This document shows positions 16,415 through 26,382 of a stretch of 64,000 nt of DNA, in pieces; position 1 is the first letter of the stretch; every line of letters starts with the position of its first letter. The position numbers and the translations under genes are program-made. The notes below the pieces were generated by a model. It was not told where the DNA came from and ran no database searches. It saw only the letters and a list, made by a program, of their open reading frames with translations. Source of the DNA: Pseudomonadota bacterium. Its GTDB lineage: Bacteria > Pseudomonadota > Gammaproteobacteria > Acidiferrobacterales > Acidiferrobacteraceae. Location: contig JAJYHM010000006.1 of NCBI GenBank assembly GCA_021784755.1, positions 33,449-97,448 of the forward strand. The letters run 5' to 3'.

Positions 16415-18130
16415 TTAATGACCCGTTATCCGCGCGATCTGCCTCTGCGCGCGCGACAGCTCGTGCCGCCACGGCTCGCCTAAATTCACGACCGTCGGTT
16501 TCAGAAGGATCACAAGCTCCTTCTTGACCCTCACCACCTTCTTGTCCTTGAAGAGATTCCCGAGGATCGGGATATTGCCAAGCAGCGGCACCGTGGCATT
16601 GTTATTCGTGGACCCCTCCTTCATCAAGCCACCGATGACGATCACCTGGCCACTCTGGGCGCGCACCACCGAATCCGACTCCTGGATAGAGCTCGACGCA
16701 AGCGGCAGATCGAAGGCCTGGCCCGAGACGCTGAACTGCTGATTCACCTGCGTGACTTCGCTCACCGATGGGTGAATATAAAGAACCACCGACCCATGAC
16801 CATCGATCTCAGGCGTCACATCGAGCGCGATGCCCGAAAAGAAGGGCGAAAGCTCGACAGCCGGCGTGCTGATGGGGGAGACGCCGACCAGCGACTCGGT
16901 GTTTGTGACGCCGGTCACGAAGAACTGATCGCCTCCCACCTTGATGACGGCCTTCTGTTCGTTCATCGTCGACACGCGCGGACTTGATAGGACCTGGACG
17001 CGTCCTTCGGTGTTTAGGAGCTGAATGAAGGCCGCGAAGTTACCGGCGTGCAGCGCAAGACTAAAGATGCCGCCAAAGGCCGACACGGCGGTGTTGTTGA
17101 TGGGCGAGTAAGCGCTCGGTCCATACGGGTTCGGGACGCCGGTCGCGGGATTGATGTTGCCCGTGCTGCCGCCTATGGTCGACACACCGGAGGACAAGAG
17201 CTGGCTGCCTCCCGTTTGCGCGCCCAGGAGTTGAGCGCCGGCGACGTTGCCGAGCTTCGCCCAGTCGATACCACTCTGGTAGCCGCTCTTTAGGTCCACC
17301 TCGAGGATCTTGGCGTCGATGACAACCTCGCGATCCACGCTCGTCTGTGTCAGACGCAGAAAGCGGCTCACGGTATAAAGGGTCCGGGGACCGGCGCGCA
17401 CCACGAGCAGCCCGGCCTGCGGATTGGCGATGACCTCGCGACCCGGGCCCTTGCCGACGAGCGCCGTCACAGTCGTCGCAAGCGTCTTCCAGAAATCGCT
17501 GCGCGAGGTGGTCTTCACAGAAATCGTGGGGGCCATGGTCCGCTGGCCGCCCGAGGGCGCGGGCATGCCACCGGCCGTGCCGCCGCTCGTCCCGACGCTC
17601 GTCAGGCTTTGGCCTGTAAGCCGCGTCTCCGAAGTTCCGGTGCGGACAATGTCGAGATAGTGGACCCGGAAAAGCTCGGTCCTGAGACCTGGAGGCAAAA
17701 TGTAATACTGATGCCCGCGACGGCGATACTGGTAGCCGTTTTCGGTGCGTATGACGCGCATCGCCTCAGGCACCGTCACGTTCTTTAAATGGACGGTGAT
17801 GCGCCCCAAGAGGCGGCTTGGCAAGGCCACGCTATAGGATGTGCCGCGCACAAGCTGCGTAAATACCTGGGCGGCAGGCGCATTGTCCGTATTGAAATCG
17901 AAGCGACTCGGAACGGCCAGCGCGCGGGCGCGCGGGAGCCGGATCGTGACCGGCGGCACGAGTGCACTTGCCACGGCCGCAGGAATCGCGACCTTGTTCT
18001 GCGAATGGGCAGCGGATGTCAGATTGTGCTGCATACGCGCCGTCAGCGGCTTGTCGAATCCGCGCGGGGCACAAGCCCCCAACGCGAGCAGCGTGCTCGC
18101 CGTAAGCCACCGCGGGTACGCGTATCTCAT
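16415..18130 (-). CDS. mshL: MSHA secretin (lipoprotein)
   Basis: LGAC lipobox, VLSSPRVST.N.QKAVIKVG, PFFSGIALDVTPEI, VPLLGNIP.LG.LF. Confidence 0.92.
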   Translation of the reverse strand: MRYAYPRWLTASTLLALGACAPRGFDKPLTARMQHNLTSAAHSQNKVAIPAAVASALVPPVTIRLPRARALAVPSRFDFNTDNAPAAQVFTQLVRGTSYSVALPSRLLGRITVHLKNVTVPEAMRVIRTENGYQYRRRGHQYYILPPGLRTELFRVHYLDIVRTGTSETRLTGQSLTSVGTSGGTAGGMPAPSGGQRTMAPTISVKTTSRSDFWKTLATTVTALVGKGPGREVIANPQAGLLVVRAGPRTLYTVSRFLRLTQTSVDREVVIDAKILEVDLKSGYQSGIDWAKLGNVAGAQLLGAQTGGSQLLSSGVSTIGGSTGNINPATGVPNPYGPSAYSPINNTAVSAFGGIFSLALHAGNFAAFIQLLNTEGRVQVLSSPRVSTMNEQKAVIKVGGDQFFVTGVTNTESLVGVSPISTPAVELSPFFSGIALDVTPEIDGHGSVVLYIHPSVSEVTQVNQQFSVSGQAFDLPLASSSIQESDSVVRAQSGQVIVIGGLMKEGSTNNNATVPLLGNIPILGNLFKDKKVVRVKKELVILLKPTVVNLGEPWRHELSRAQRQIARITGH

Positions 18131-18498
18131 GAAACGCCTTCCTTTAAAATCGCCGTCTTCTTGATGCCGCCGCGCGGGCCCAGAAACAGCCGGCGTGTCC
18201 CATGGGGTCCGGAAAGCACCACCGAATTCCTGCGGATGGCGACCAAGCGGTCGATCCCGACCCGTGCGCCCACAGCCCAAAGTCGCCCGTCAATGAGCGC
18301 GAGCTGCCGCGGCCCATCGCGCAAAATCGCCTGTAGGCCCGCATGTGCGGGGCGAGGATCGGCAGGCGCGAACCACGGGGGCCGCGTCGGATCTGTCAGC
18401 CCATAGGCGGGGGCGCCTTGTGCCAAGGCGACCAGCGCTATTGCCATGAATCGCTTTCCACTCATACTCCGATACCATACAAGGACCGTGCCAATCAT
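18127..18498 (-). CDS. mshK: MSHA biogenesis protein
   Basis: LTDPTRPP..LQAIL..ALIDG motif; start uncertain. Confidence 0.75.
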   Translation of the reverse strand: MIGTVLVWYRSMSGKRFMAIALVALAQGAPAYGLTDPTRPPWFAPADPRPAHAGLQAILRDGPRQLALIDGRLWAVGARVGIDRLVAIRRNSVVLSGPHGTRRLFLGPRGGIKKTAILKEGVS

Positions 18499-19133
18499 TC
18501 GAGCAAGGCCTCATGGGAACTCAGGGTGTAGACGTGCAGGCGCAGCGTCGAAAATGGGTAATGATCCGCCGTCAAGGTCACGCGGCCCCACAGCACACGT
18601 TTCTTGGTACGGGCGAGCGCCGTCAAGTAACGGACCAAAGCCCGGTAGGGCCCGCGCACCACAAGCGCCATCTCGTGACGATATAAAAACGGTTTAGCCT
18701 TGGGGCTGCGGCGCATCGCGGTCGTGCCTTTATCTGTCAGCGCCACGAGCGTCACCCCAGGCGTGCGGGCAAGCACCTCGCGCAAGAGCGCCGGCATCTC
18801 CCGCGCGGGTACCAAAGCCCCCGTGAGACGCGCGAGACGTCTTTTGAGGACACGAATCTTGTGGCTCATGATCTTTAGCTCGGCGTGCTCGCGGGCCCGT
18901 GTGCTGGGCGCAAGCAGGGTGTCAAGCTGGGCACTAACCGCAGCAGTCTGGGCGCGGACTTCCACGAGGTCAGTCTTGACGGTCTGCGCGCGGACCTCGA
19001 GCGGATGGATCGCGACTACCACCACGAGTCCGTAGGTGACAGCCACGATCGCCGCAAAGAGCAGGATACGTTCACGCAAAGTGAGTGCATCGATCCGCTC
19101 CTGCCAGGCCGTAAACCACGCCCTCACGTTCAT
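18495..19133 (-). CDS. mshJ: MSHA biogenesis protein (GspM/PilO-like)
   Basis: DALTLRERIL, LVPA.EM..LL, LYRH...G.Y..L..YL..L, VYTLS. Confidence 0.85.
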   Translation of the reverse strand: MNVRAWFTAWQERIDALTLRERILLFAAIVAVTYGLVVVVAIHPLEVRAQTVKTDLVEVRAQTAAVSAQLDTLLAPSTRAREHAELKIMSHKIRVLKRRLARLTGALVPAREMPALLREVLARTPGVTLVALTDKGTTAMRRSPKAKPFLYRHEMALVVRGPYRALVRYLTALARTKKRVLWGRVTLTADHYPFSTLRLHVYTLSSHEALLE

Positions 19134-19777
19134 GTCGCCCCCTTGGCGGAACGTAGCGCTTCCGGTTTTTTCGGGGCCGCCGACCCGGATGCGGCCGTAC
19201 TCGCCGTAAAATCGACGTAGGGCCTGTAATGCGCGGCGTGGCGGGGGCGTGTGATGGCAAACGTCTGGAACCGGTAGCCTATAAGCGTCGGACGGGCCAC
19301 GAGGCGATGTAGAAAAAGCGGCACCTGCGCGGGGCGCATACTATGGCCCGCCAGTATCAAGGCATGGCGCTTGCGGTCCAGCGAGAAATGCGTGATCCAG
19401 ACCCCCGGCACGATGGCGTCGCTCATGGCAAGCAGCACAGGGGCGGGCCCCACTTCGGCACGCCGGCTTTCGCGCAAGAAACGCGCGAGCCCCTTCAGGG
19501 CCCGCTCGTGTGCCTCGAGCGCCGCCAGTTGCGCGCGGGCGCGACCCACGCCGAAGATACGTTTGGCGGACGCAAGCTGGGCGTGGGCGGCCTGCTCCGT
19601 TTGGCGGGCATTGGCGAGCGCACTGGCAAGCCCCTGGACTTGCCAGGCATCGAATCCCGCCGCCGCGAGCCCTACTGCGAGCAACGCAAGCCAGGTACGC
19701 GCCATGGTAGCGGCCGAGAAAAGCTTTTGCTCGCGCCGAAAGATCGGGTGGTAAAGGTTGATCTGCTGAGCGCTCAT
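19130..19777 (-). CDS. PilN-domain protein (MshI C-terminal part)
   Basis: QQINLY, TM segment, PGVWITHF..L.L.G. Confidence 0.75.
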   Translation of the reverse strand: MSAQQINLYHPIFRREQKLFSAATMARTWLALLAVGLAAAGFDAWQVQGLASALANARQTEQAAHAQLASAKRIFGVGRARAQLAALEAHERALKGLARFLRESRRAEVGPAPVLLAMSDAIVPGVWITHFSLDRKRHALILAGHSMRPAQVPLFLHRLVARPTLIGYRFQTFAITRPRHAAHYRPYVDFTASTAASGSAAPKKPEALRSAKGAT

Positions 19778-20688
19778 AGGACCACCTTCTCATGGCGCAA
19801 GGCCGCACCCAACGTCAGGAAGCAGGCCTCCGGGATCGGGACTGCCACCTCGACATCTCCGTAGTGCCCCGTCTCCCAGGGCACTACGCGCTGGCTAAGG
19901 TTCGCCTGCAGGAAGACCACGAGCGGCTCGGTCCGGCTCGACATGGGCGCCACAACAACATGCATGATGGGGCTCTGCCGAAAGGAGCTCTCGAAATAAT
20001 CCAAGGAGCGCTGCAACTCGAGCAATAGACGCTCGAATCCCCGGACATCGGCGAGCGCCGACGGGGTGTCGGCGATGACGCGCGACAGATACAGCTCACC
20101 GTTGCGCGTAATGGTGATAAAACCGCCGTCTTCTGTGAGCGTAAGTAGCGCCACGCCTTCCTGATCTTGCGCAAGGAGCTGCGCCAGATTGCGTTGCGCA
20201 AGCTCCGGGATATCTATGATGTCGAGGGCGGCACCGGCGTTGTGCATGAGATCGACGCGCTCACGTATCGCCTCATTGCGTCCGACGACCACATAAACGA
20301 GCGCGGGCCGTCCAGGCATGCGCACGGGCACATCGAAGACGTCTATGGTCGCGTCGTTGACATGGAAATCAATCAAGTCCTTGATGCGCCAGCGCAGCGC
20401 GGCGCGTAGTTCCTCAGACTTCACCTCCGGCGCCTCGGTCTGCAAAAGGCGGTATTCGCCTTCCCGTAAAAGCGTGGTGCAGGAGCGGCGCTTGAGGTCA
20501 TGGTCCAGCACGAGGCGCGCTAGGACCCGTTCGGGCTCCATACCGTCGAAGGGCCGAAATTCGGCGGCCTCGACGCGCACCGGTCCCCGCGGAGGGCGGG
20601 CGACGCTCACATAGGAAAGCCCCGACGCATGCACGCCGACGCCAGACAGACCGGCACCTCTGCGCTCGCGCCTCAAGCGTCCCCACAT
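19774..20688 (-). CDS. mshI: PilM-like MSHA biogenesis protein (MshI N-terminal part)
   Basis: YRLLQTEAPEV..ELRAALRWRIKDLID, IDIPELAQRNL, LELQRSLDYFES. Confidence 0.85.
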   Translation of the reverse strand: MWGRLRRERRGAGLSGVGVHASGLSYVSVARPPRGPVRVEAAEFRPFDGMEPERVLARLVLDHDLKRRSCTTLLREGEYRLLQTEAPEVKSEELRAALRWRIKDLIDFHVNDATIDVFDVPVRMPGRPALVYVVVGRNEAIRERVDLMHNAGAALDIIDIPELAQRNLAQLLAQDQEGVALLTLTEDGGFITITRNGELYLSRVIADTPSALADVRGFERLLLELQRSLDYFESSFRQSPIMHVVVAPMSSRTEPLVVFLQANLSQRVVPWETGHYGDVEVAVPIPEACFLTLGAALRHEKVVL

Positions 20689-20807
20689 ACCTCCTCCCCC
20701 CTTATCGCCAAACTTTATGGGACCACCCTACATGCGGGTTCGGGCCCAGCCGGCCGCTCTTTTGCCGACAGTAGCACGCGTAACCCAGGTCGTCACCCTA
20801 AAAAAAC

Positions 20808-20823
20808 GCACTTTTTGTGCCTT
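20808..20823 (-). promoter_or_regulatory. Putative sigma54 promoter for mshI-N
   Basis: AAGGCACAAAAAGTGC, exact GG-N10-GC spacing, in the mshG-mshI gap. Confidence 0.45.
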
Positions 20824-20857
20824 AACAGGCCTCGAGGTCGCCATGATCGCCCGCGCC

Positions 20858-22093
20858 TCAGGCCTGCCCCCCGTTTGCCTGGAAGGCCGCATGGGCCAAA
20901 TCCCACATCGGCAGGAACACACCGAGCGCCAGGATCAGGACCAGGATGCCCATGGCGACCACGAGCAGCGGTTCGATGGCGGTACTTAGGTTGCGCAGAT
21001 CGTATTCCACCTCACGCTCGTAATATTCGGCAACCTCGGTCATGAGGCTGTCGATCGCCCCGCTGTCTTCTCCCACGGTCACCATTTGCAGCACGAGTGG
21101 AGGGAACAATCCGGTGGCCTGCGCCGCACGCGCGAGCGTCTCGCCGCGCTCCACGCCGTCGCGCATCTGCAGCACGCGCGAGGCCACATACTCATTGTCG
21201 ACCGCCCGGCTTATGACGGTGAGGCCCTGTATCAGCGGTACGCCGCTTTTCACGGTGATGGCGAGCGCCCGCGCAAAGCGGCCCAGCAGGGCTCGGGTCA
21301 GGATCGGCCCTATGATCGGCAGCCTAAGGCGCAGCCTATGCCAGCGGTAACGCCCACCGGTCGTGCGCACATAGGCGCGGATGCCAAGCACGGTCAACGC
21401 AACCACACCGACAACCTCGTACCAATAATGGACCGTGAAATGGGACGTGGCGATCAGGATACGGGTGGCAAGCGGCAACTTGGCGTGCAAGCCGGCATAG
21501 ACGTGGGCGAAGGCCGGGATGACGAAGATGTTGATGATGAACACCGCGATCACGAGCGCCACGACGACAAAGCTCGGGTAGCGGGTCGCCGACTTCACGC
21601 GCTGCTCGGTCTCGCGGTCACGCTCCAGGTAGCCGGCAAGCTGCAGAAATGATTGATCGAGCGTGCCGCTGGTCTCCCCGATCTGGACCAAGGCCACGAA
21701 CAGGGTGGAGAAGATCTTGGGGTGGCGCTTCACGGCAGCGGTCAGATCGAAGCCCGCATCCAGGGCGTCGTTGAGCTGCCCGATGACGGATGCGAGCGTC
21801 CGATTGTGCGTGGAATCGCGCAGACCCTGCAAGGCCTGCATGATGGGCACGCCCGCCTTGAGCAGGGTGTACATCTGCCGGCAAAACAAGACGAGGTCGG
21901 TCAGATCGACGCGCGAGCGGCCGAGTTCGCGAAGCCACAAAGGCTGGGACTTGGCGGCGGTCCCATGGATATCGATGGGCGTGATGCCGAGATTGAAGAG
22001 ATGGCTCGCCACCGCGTCCGGGCTCGCACCCTCCATAAGCCCCGCGACCGCCTCGCCGCGGCCATTACGTCCCTTGTAGCGAAAAGAAGGCAT
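20858..22093 (-). CDS. mshG: PilC/GspF-family platform protein
   Basis: FCRQMYTLLKAGVP, GETSGTL, RYP.FV, VGEDSG, IEP. Confidence 0.92.
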   Translation of the reverse strand: MPSFRYKGRNGRGEAVAGLMEGASPDAVASHLFNLGITPIDIHGTAAKSQPLWLRELGRSRVDLTDLVLFCRQMYTLLKAGVPIMQALQGLRDSTHNRTLASVIGQLNDALDAGFDLTAAVKRHPKIFSTLFVALVQIGETSGTLDQSFLQLAGYLERDRETEQRVKSATRYPSFVVVALVIAVFIINIFVIPAFAHVYAGLHAKLPLATRILIATSHFTVHYWYEVVGVVALTVLGIRAYVRTTGGRYRWHRLRLRLPIIGPILTRALLGRFARALAITVKSGVPLIQGLTVISRAVDNEYVASRVLQMRDGVERGETLARAAQATGLFPPLVLQMVTVGEDSGAIDSLMTEVAEYYEREVEYDLRNLSTAIEPLLVVAMGILVLILALGVFLPMWDLAHAAFQANGGQA

Positions 22094-23805
22094 CAGCCGG
22101 TCCCGTACACGGCGCGCAAGGCCTCTTCCACCGTGGTCACGCCGCGCGCCGCCTGCCCGAGGGCCTCGGCACGCAGTCGCCGATAGTGCGGGGCGGCGAT
22201 CGCCGCGCGCGAAAAGGCCGCGGGGTCGCGCTTTTGCAGGGCGAACATCAAGGCCTCATCGATCTCGAGGATCTCATAGATCCCGACCCGCCCGCGAAAG
22301 CCCGTGTGCTGACAGAAGGCGCAGCCGCGGCCCCGCTTCAGGGTCAGGGGTGTGTCGGGGGCCAAGTCGACCTCGAAGAGGGCCTTTTCCGCCGCCGTCG
22401 GCGCGACCGGTTCCCCGCAACTATCGCAGACGCGGCGCACCAGCCTCTGCGCCACGACACCGCGCAGCGACGCGGCCACGAGATAGGGCTCGGCGCCCAT
22501 ATCCATGAGGCGCAAGGCGCTCGACACCGCATCGTGAGTATGGAGACTCGAGAGGACAAGGTGCCCCGTCATGGCGGCGCGTAGCCCGATCTCCACAGTC
22601 TCGGTGTCACGCATCTCGCCGATCAGGATGATGTCGGGATCTTGGCGCAAGAAGGCGCGCAGAACCCGCGCAAACGACAAGTCGATCTTGGGGTTGACCT
22701 GGACTTGGTTTACGCCGGCAAGCCTGTACTCGACCGGATCCTCGACGGTCAAGACCTTCGCCGAGGGCACATTGAGTTCCTTCAGGGCGCCATAGAGGGT
22801 GGTGGTCTTGCCGCTGCCCGTGGGACCCGTGACGAGCACAAGACCGTGGGGCTGGTGGATCATAGCGCGCAGGCGACCCAACACCTCGCTCGGCATGCCG
22901 AGCCGATCGAGGTCCAGGATACCGTTGCTCTGATTCAAAAGGCGCATGGCGACCGATTCGCCATGCTGCACAGGAACCGTGGAGAGACGGACGTCGATCA
23001 CGGTCTCCCGGAACCGCACCTGGCAGCGGCCATCCTGCGGAAGCCTGCGCTCGGAGATATCGAGCGAGGCCATGAGCTTCAGGCGCGACACCAAGGCCTG
23101 GGCGATTTTGCGATCGGCAGTCGTCTGGATGCGCAGCTCCCCGTCGATGCGGAATCGCACCCGCACTGCGCTCTCGTCTGGTTCGATATGGATGTCGGAG
23201 GCGTTCACCTGGATTGCGTCTTCGAAAATCGTCTGCAGGAGCTTGACGACCGGGGCATCGTTGACGGCCTCGACGGTAGCCACAATCCCAAGATCAATAT
23301 CGTAGGCCGACAACTCCTGCTCGAGTTCGGCGGCCAACCCACTGATCTCCTCGGTGCGCCGATAGACGACATCCAGGGCCTTCAGGAGATCGCTCTCCTT
23401 CACGACCGCGAGCTTCAGGGGCTTCTGGACGAGCCGCGCGATCTCGTCGTGGGCAAAGATGTCGATCGGGTCGGCAAGCCCCACGAGGATGGCGCCGTCC
23501 TCCTCGCGCAATGCCACGGCCCGGAAGCGCCGGGCATAGGCCTCGGGGATCAGACGCACGACCTCGGGCACGAAAGTGTAGCGGCGCAGATCGACGTACG
23601 GTATGCGCAACTGGCGTGACAGGAAGTCGAGCAGCGCATCTTCCGTGAGGTAGCCGTTCTCGATCAAGACACGCCCGAGACGCCGGCCACTCTTGCGCTG
23701 ATCGGCGAGCGCCGTGTCGAGCTGCTCCTTCGAGATCACCTTGTTTTCCAAAAGGAGATCGCCGAGACGCGCCTTGCGGGGTCGGACCTGCGCCGATTCC
23801 ATCAT
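22093..23805 (-). CDS. mshE: MSHA extension ATPase with MshEN c-di-GMP-binding domain
   Basis: Tandem RLGDLLLEN..I...QL..AL..Q / RLGRVLIENG, ASDIHIEP, GPTGSGKT, RQDPD, GHLVLSSLH, tetra-Cys. Confidence 0.93.
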   Translation of the reverse strand: MMESAQVRPRKARLGDLLLENKVISKEQLDTALADQRKSGRRLGRVLIENGYLTEDALLDFLSRQLRIPYVDLRRYTFVPEVVRLIPEAYARRFRAVALREEDGAILVGLADPIDIFAHDEIARLVQKPLKLAVVKESDLLKALDVVYRRTEEISGLAAELEQELSAYDIDLGIVATVEAVNDAPVVKLLQTIFEDAIQVNASDIHIEPDESAVRVRFRIDGELRIQTTADRKIAQALVSRLKLMASLDISERRLPQDGRCQVRFRETVIDVRLSTVPVQHGESVAMRLLNQSNGILDLDRLGMPSEVLGRLRAMIHQPHGLVLVTGPTGSGKTTTLYGALKELNVPSAKVLTVEDPVEYRLAGVNQVQVNPKIDLSFARVLRAFLRQDPDIILIGEMRDTETVEIGLRAAMTGHLVLSSLHTHDAVSSALRLMDMGAEPYLVAASLRGVVAQRLVRRVCDSCGEPVAPTAAEKALFEVDLAPDTPLTLKRGRGCAFCQHTGFRGRVGIYEILEIDEALMFALQKRDPAAFSRAAIAAPHYRRLRAEALGQAARGVTTVEEALRAVYGTG

Positions 23806-23845
23806 CGTAGTCTCACCTATGCCTCCTAAACCCTTACCCGTGTGT

Positions 23846-23861
23846 AGCAAAACCCGTGCCG
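23846..23861 (-). promoter_or_regulatory. sigma54 promoter for mshEG
   Basis: CGGCACGGGTTTTGCT closely matches TGGCACG-N4-TTGCW. Confidence 0.7.
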
Positions 23862-23887
23862 CAGCGGCGCTCCTTGCGGCAATGCGT

Positions 23888-24364
23888 CTACTGCTGCGCC
23901 CACGCTATCACCCTATAAACGATCCTACCGGGTTTTTTCAGTTGGCCATGTTTAATTTTCGGCTTCTTTTGGACTATCGCCTGGACGGTGCGTGTCACCG
24001 TCCACTGCGCCGATGAACCGGCGCAAGTGGCGATCGAACTGACAAGATAGTCGCCATTGGCCTTGGTCACCGTCACCACTGCCGGGCACTGCGGATCCGG
24101 AACCGATGGGGTCTGCGCAGGCAGCGTAAGCGGCGTAGACGGCAGCACCCCCCAATAGTTCGTTTCCAGATAATAGACCCCGTACTGATCGCCGCTCTCG
24201 GCGGCGGTGAAGGCCTGACCGCCACCGTTCTGCACCCCCTCGGCACCGGTCGCGGTCCCATACAGGAAGGCCATAGCGGCCAACAACAGGGCGCCTACGA
24301 GCACCAGAAAGATGAGCGCCACCAGGATAAACCCGCGATCGCGGCGCGCGCTAAGAGTACGCAT
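23888..24364 (-). CDS. MshP/PilX-like minor pilin
   Basis: RRDRG|FILVAL prepilin site lacking Glu5; QAF.AAESG motif. Confidence 0.7.
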   Translation of the reverse strand: MRTLSARRDRGFILVALIFLVLVGALLLAAMAFLYGTATGAEGVQNGGGQAFTAAESGDQYGVYYLETNYWGVLPSTPLTLPAQTPSVPDPQCPAVVTVTKANGDYLVSSIATCAGSSAQWTVTRTVQAIVQKKPKIKHGQLKKPGRIVYRVIAWAQQ

Positions 24365-24809
24365 AGCCTGACAAGACCCCATCCACGGCCAGCTGTCCCT
24401 GGCCGCTTGGACCTGTGTAGAGAAATTCGTAGACCACGGTGTAGGACGTCACCGGTATGAACGGGCAGCCCCCGCCCGGACTCTGCAGGTCCCCCAATAT
24501 CACGACGCCGTTGCGCTCCAGGTGACCGGCGACGTATTGATAGTCCTCGAGCACCTTACCCTGCGCGTTCTCCAGGTCGAGCGTGCAGGTATTGGTCACG
24601 GCCATCTGGTAGGCATTGCGCCCATCCCACTGCAGGCGTGCGACCGCGGGCCCGGCGGCCGTTGCCAGGTCGGCCCCCTGGGCGCCCGTGACATAACTCC
24701 TTATGAGGTGCGTAAGCAAGGGGGCGGCCATCGCCATGAGGATCGCCGTCAGCACGATGGCGACCACCATCTCGATCAGGGTAAAGCCGGCGTCAGGTCG
24801 AGTAGACAT
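24351..24809 (-). CDS. Minor pilin (MshO-like)
   Basis: AG|FTLIEMVVAIV. Confidence 0.75.
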   Translation of the reverse strand: MSTRPDAGFTLIEMVVAIVLTAILMAMAAPLLTHLIRSYVTGAQGADLATAAGPAVARLQWDGRNAYQMAVTNTCTLDLENAQGKVLEDYQYVAGHLERNGVVILGDLQSPGGGCPFIPVTSYTVVYEFLYTGPSGQGQLAVDGVLSGYAYS

Positions 24810-25200
24810 AAGATGTAAAGACCATCGGTGCGCAGGCGCCGGAAGCACAGGTGACCGTGACCGTCACGAGATAGGCGTAATAGGTCCCGGTCGATACCGT
24901 CTTGGTCGTCGCTGTGCTAAAGGAGGCGTTGGCCACGTAAGGGCCCAACTGCACAGTGAAGGTGGCCGGTGTACCGGCTGCCGAAAGCTCTGTCTGCAGG
25001 AGCTCATACTCCATCACTCCCTGCGCCACCCAGGTCATGGGTGCGGCCTGTTCACCGGCGGCGTTATGGCGGGTCACGTTCGCATACATGGCCATGAAGC
25101 CGGCACCGAGGATGGCGAGCAGCACGATCGCCACTATGAGCTCGATCAGGCTCAGGCCCGCGACCCGACGCCGGGCCGGGATGTGTTCCCGGGGTCTCAT
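24793..25200 (-). CDS. Minor pilin (MshD-like)
   Basis: AG|LSLIELIVAIV; C-terminal VTVTV. Confidence 0.75.
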   Translation of the reverse strand: MRPREHIPARRRVAGLSLIELIVAIVLLAILGAGFMAMYANVTRHNAAGEQAAPMTWVAQGVMEYELLQTELSAAGTPATFTVQLGPYVANASFSTATTKTVSTGTYYAYLVTVTVTCASGACAPMVFTSYVYST

Positions 25201-25733
25201 GGCGGACAGGCCCCCTGCGACCCGCATTCATAAATATAGCCGGTCGCGGTCACATAAACCTGGGTGGTGGAACCGGGACCGGCCACGGTGAAGGTCGGGG
25301 TGCTATTGGGGACCCCGGGACGCGCGAAACTCACGGTGGTAGGCGGCGTGATCGTAACATTGGTCGGCAGCGGGACGATAAGGCTTTGCGATTGCAGTGT
25401 GGGGTTGGCCACGGCGACACCATTTTGGGTGACCGAGAAGGAATTCGCGCCGACCACAAGAGAGGTCGTCACGCCCTGATTCTGGGCCAAGGTCTCGGCA
25501 TAACGGGCCGCTACCAGCAGCTTGTCAGCGGTCGTCTGCCCGGTGAATCCCGAACCATCGATAAATTGGGGTGCGAGCACCGCGGCCAGGATACCCACCA
25601 CGATGAGGACGGCCACGAGTTCGAGCAAGGTGTAGCCTGCGATGGCGACGACTGGGACAGCACTCCCTCGGTCGGGCGCACTCGGGCAACCGTCGCGATC
25701 CATGTCCAGGAATCCTGCCATTCGCGTGCCCAT
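25197..25733 (-). CDS. Minor pilin (MshC/FimT-like)
   Basis: AG|YTLLELVAVLIVVGILAA; RYA..LA motif; start uncertain. Confidence 0.75.
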   Translation of the reverse strand: MGTRMAGFLDMDRDGCPSAPDRGSAVPVVAIAGYTLLELVAVLIVVGILAAVLAPQFIDGSGFTGQTTADKLLVAARYAETLAQNQGVTTSLVVGANSFSVTQNGVAVANPTLQSQSLIVPLPTNVTITPPTTVSFARPGVPNSTPTFTVAGPGSTTQVYVTATGYIYECGSQGACPP

Positions 25734-25740
25734 AGGCGAG

Positions 25741-25772
25741 AAAAACAGGGGCCCCGGGGAATCCCGGGGCCC
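25741..25772 (-). terminator. Rho-independent terminator after the major pilin gene
   Basis: Perfect 10-bp stem GGGCCCCGGG/CCCGGGGCCC with a 4-nt loop, followed by CTGTTTTT on the minus strand. Confidence 0.8.
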
Positions 25773-25782
25773 GGGAACAGCC

Positions 25783-26280
25783 TTAACAGCTGCCGGTCAA
25801 GCTCGCAACGGTCGGCGTCGCGCCGGTCGCCGCGGGCGCCGTGTAATTCACGACACAGCCGGTGGTCGATACCGCGCTACCGCCGGCGGGCGCATAGGCA
25901 AAGGTCGCCGGCGCACCCGAGGTGAAGATGAACGGGAAATTGTTGGTCGCCGTGGTGGGCGAAGGGCCGGCCGGCGCATCTTGCAAGGCCGCCAGGATCC
26001 CACCCGATTTGCCCGCAGGGTAGCCATAGACCAGCGAGACCGCCGTGCCATCCGGCAAGGTCACGGTCCCGGTCGCCCCCGTCTGGCCGTTGACCTCGGC
26101 CAGGGCGTGGATCATGTCAGCCGCTTCCGCAACCGAACCCGACATACCGTTCACCACCGACACCCGCGCATCAGTGCTCAAGCCCATGAACTTCGGCAAG
26201 GCAACCGCGGCCAAAATTCCCAGAATAATTATGACTACCACCAACTCGATTAAGGTAAAGCCCGCCTGTTGCCGTTTCAT
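25783..26280 (-). CDS. mshA: MSHA major pilin
   Basis: MKRQQAG|FTLIELVVVIIILGILAAVALPKF..L..DAR, YGYP, C-terminal Cys pair. Confidence 0.9.
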   Translation of the reverse strand: MKRQQAGFTLIELVVVIIILGILAAVALPKFMGLSTDARVSVVNGMSGSVAEAADMIHALAEVNGQTGATGTVTLPDGTAVSLVYGYPAGKSGGILAALQDAPAGPSPTTATNNFPFIFTSGAPATFAYAPAGGSAVSTTGCVVNYTAPAATGATPTVASLTGSC

Positions 26281-26382
26281 ATCCAATCCCCCTATTCCCA
26301 GAACGTGTTTTGATAAACCCGAGTGTCAGGCTCGAAGGCGGCAACCCTTGCCGTCATCCTACCAACAACCTGCCTCTACCGA

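Noticed and set aside
14514-26280. Type II secretion system
   Set aside because: MshA-type pilin, MshI/J/K/N signatures and MshEN ATPase indicate an MSHA type IV pilus.
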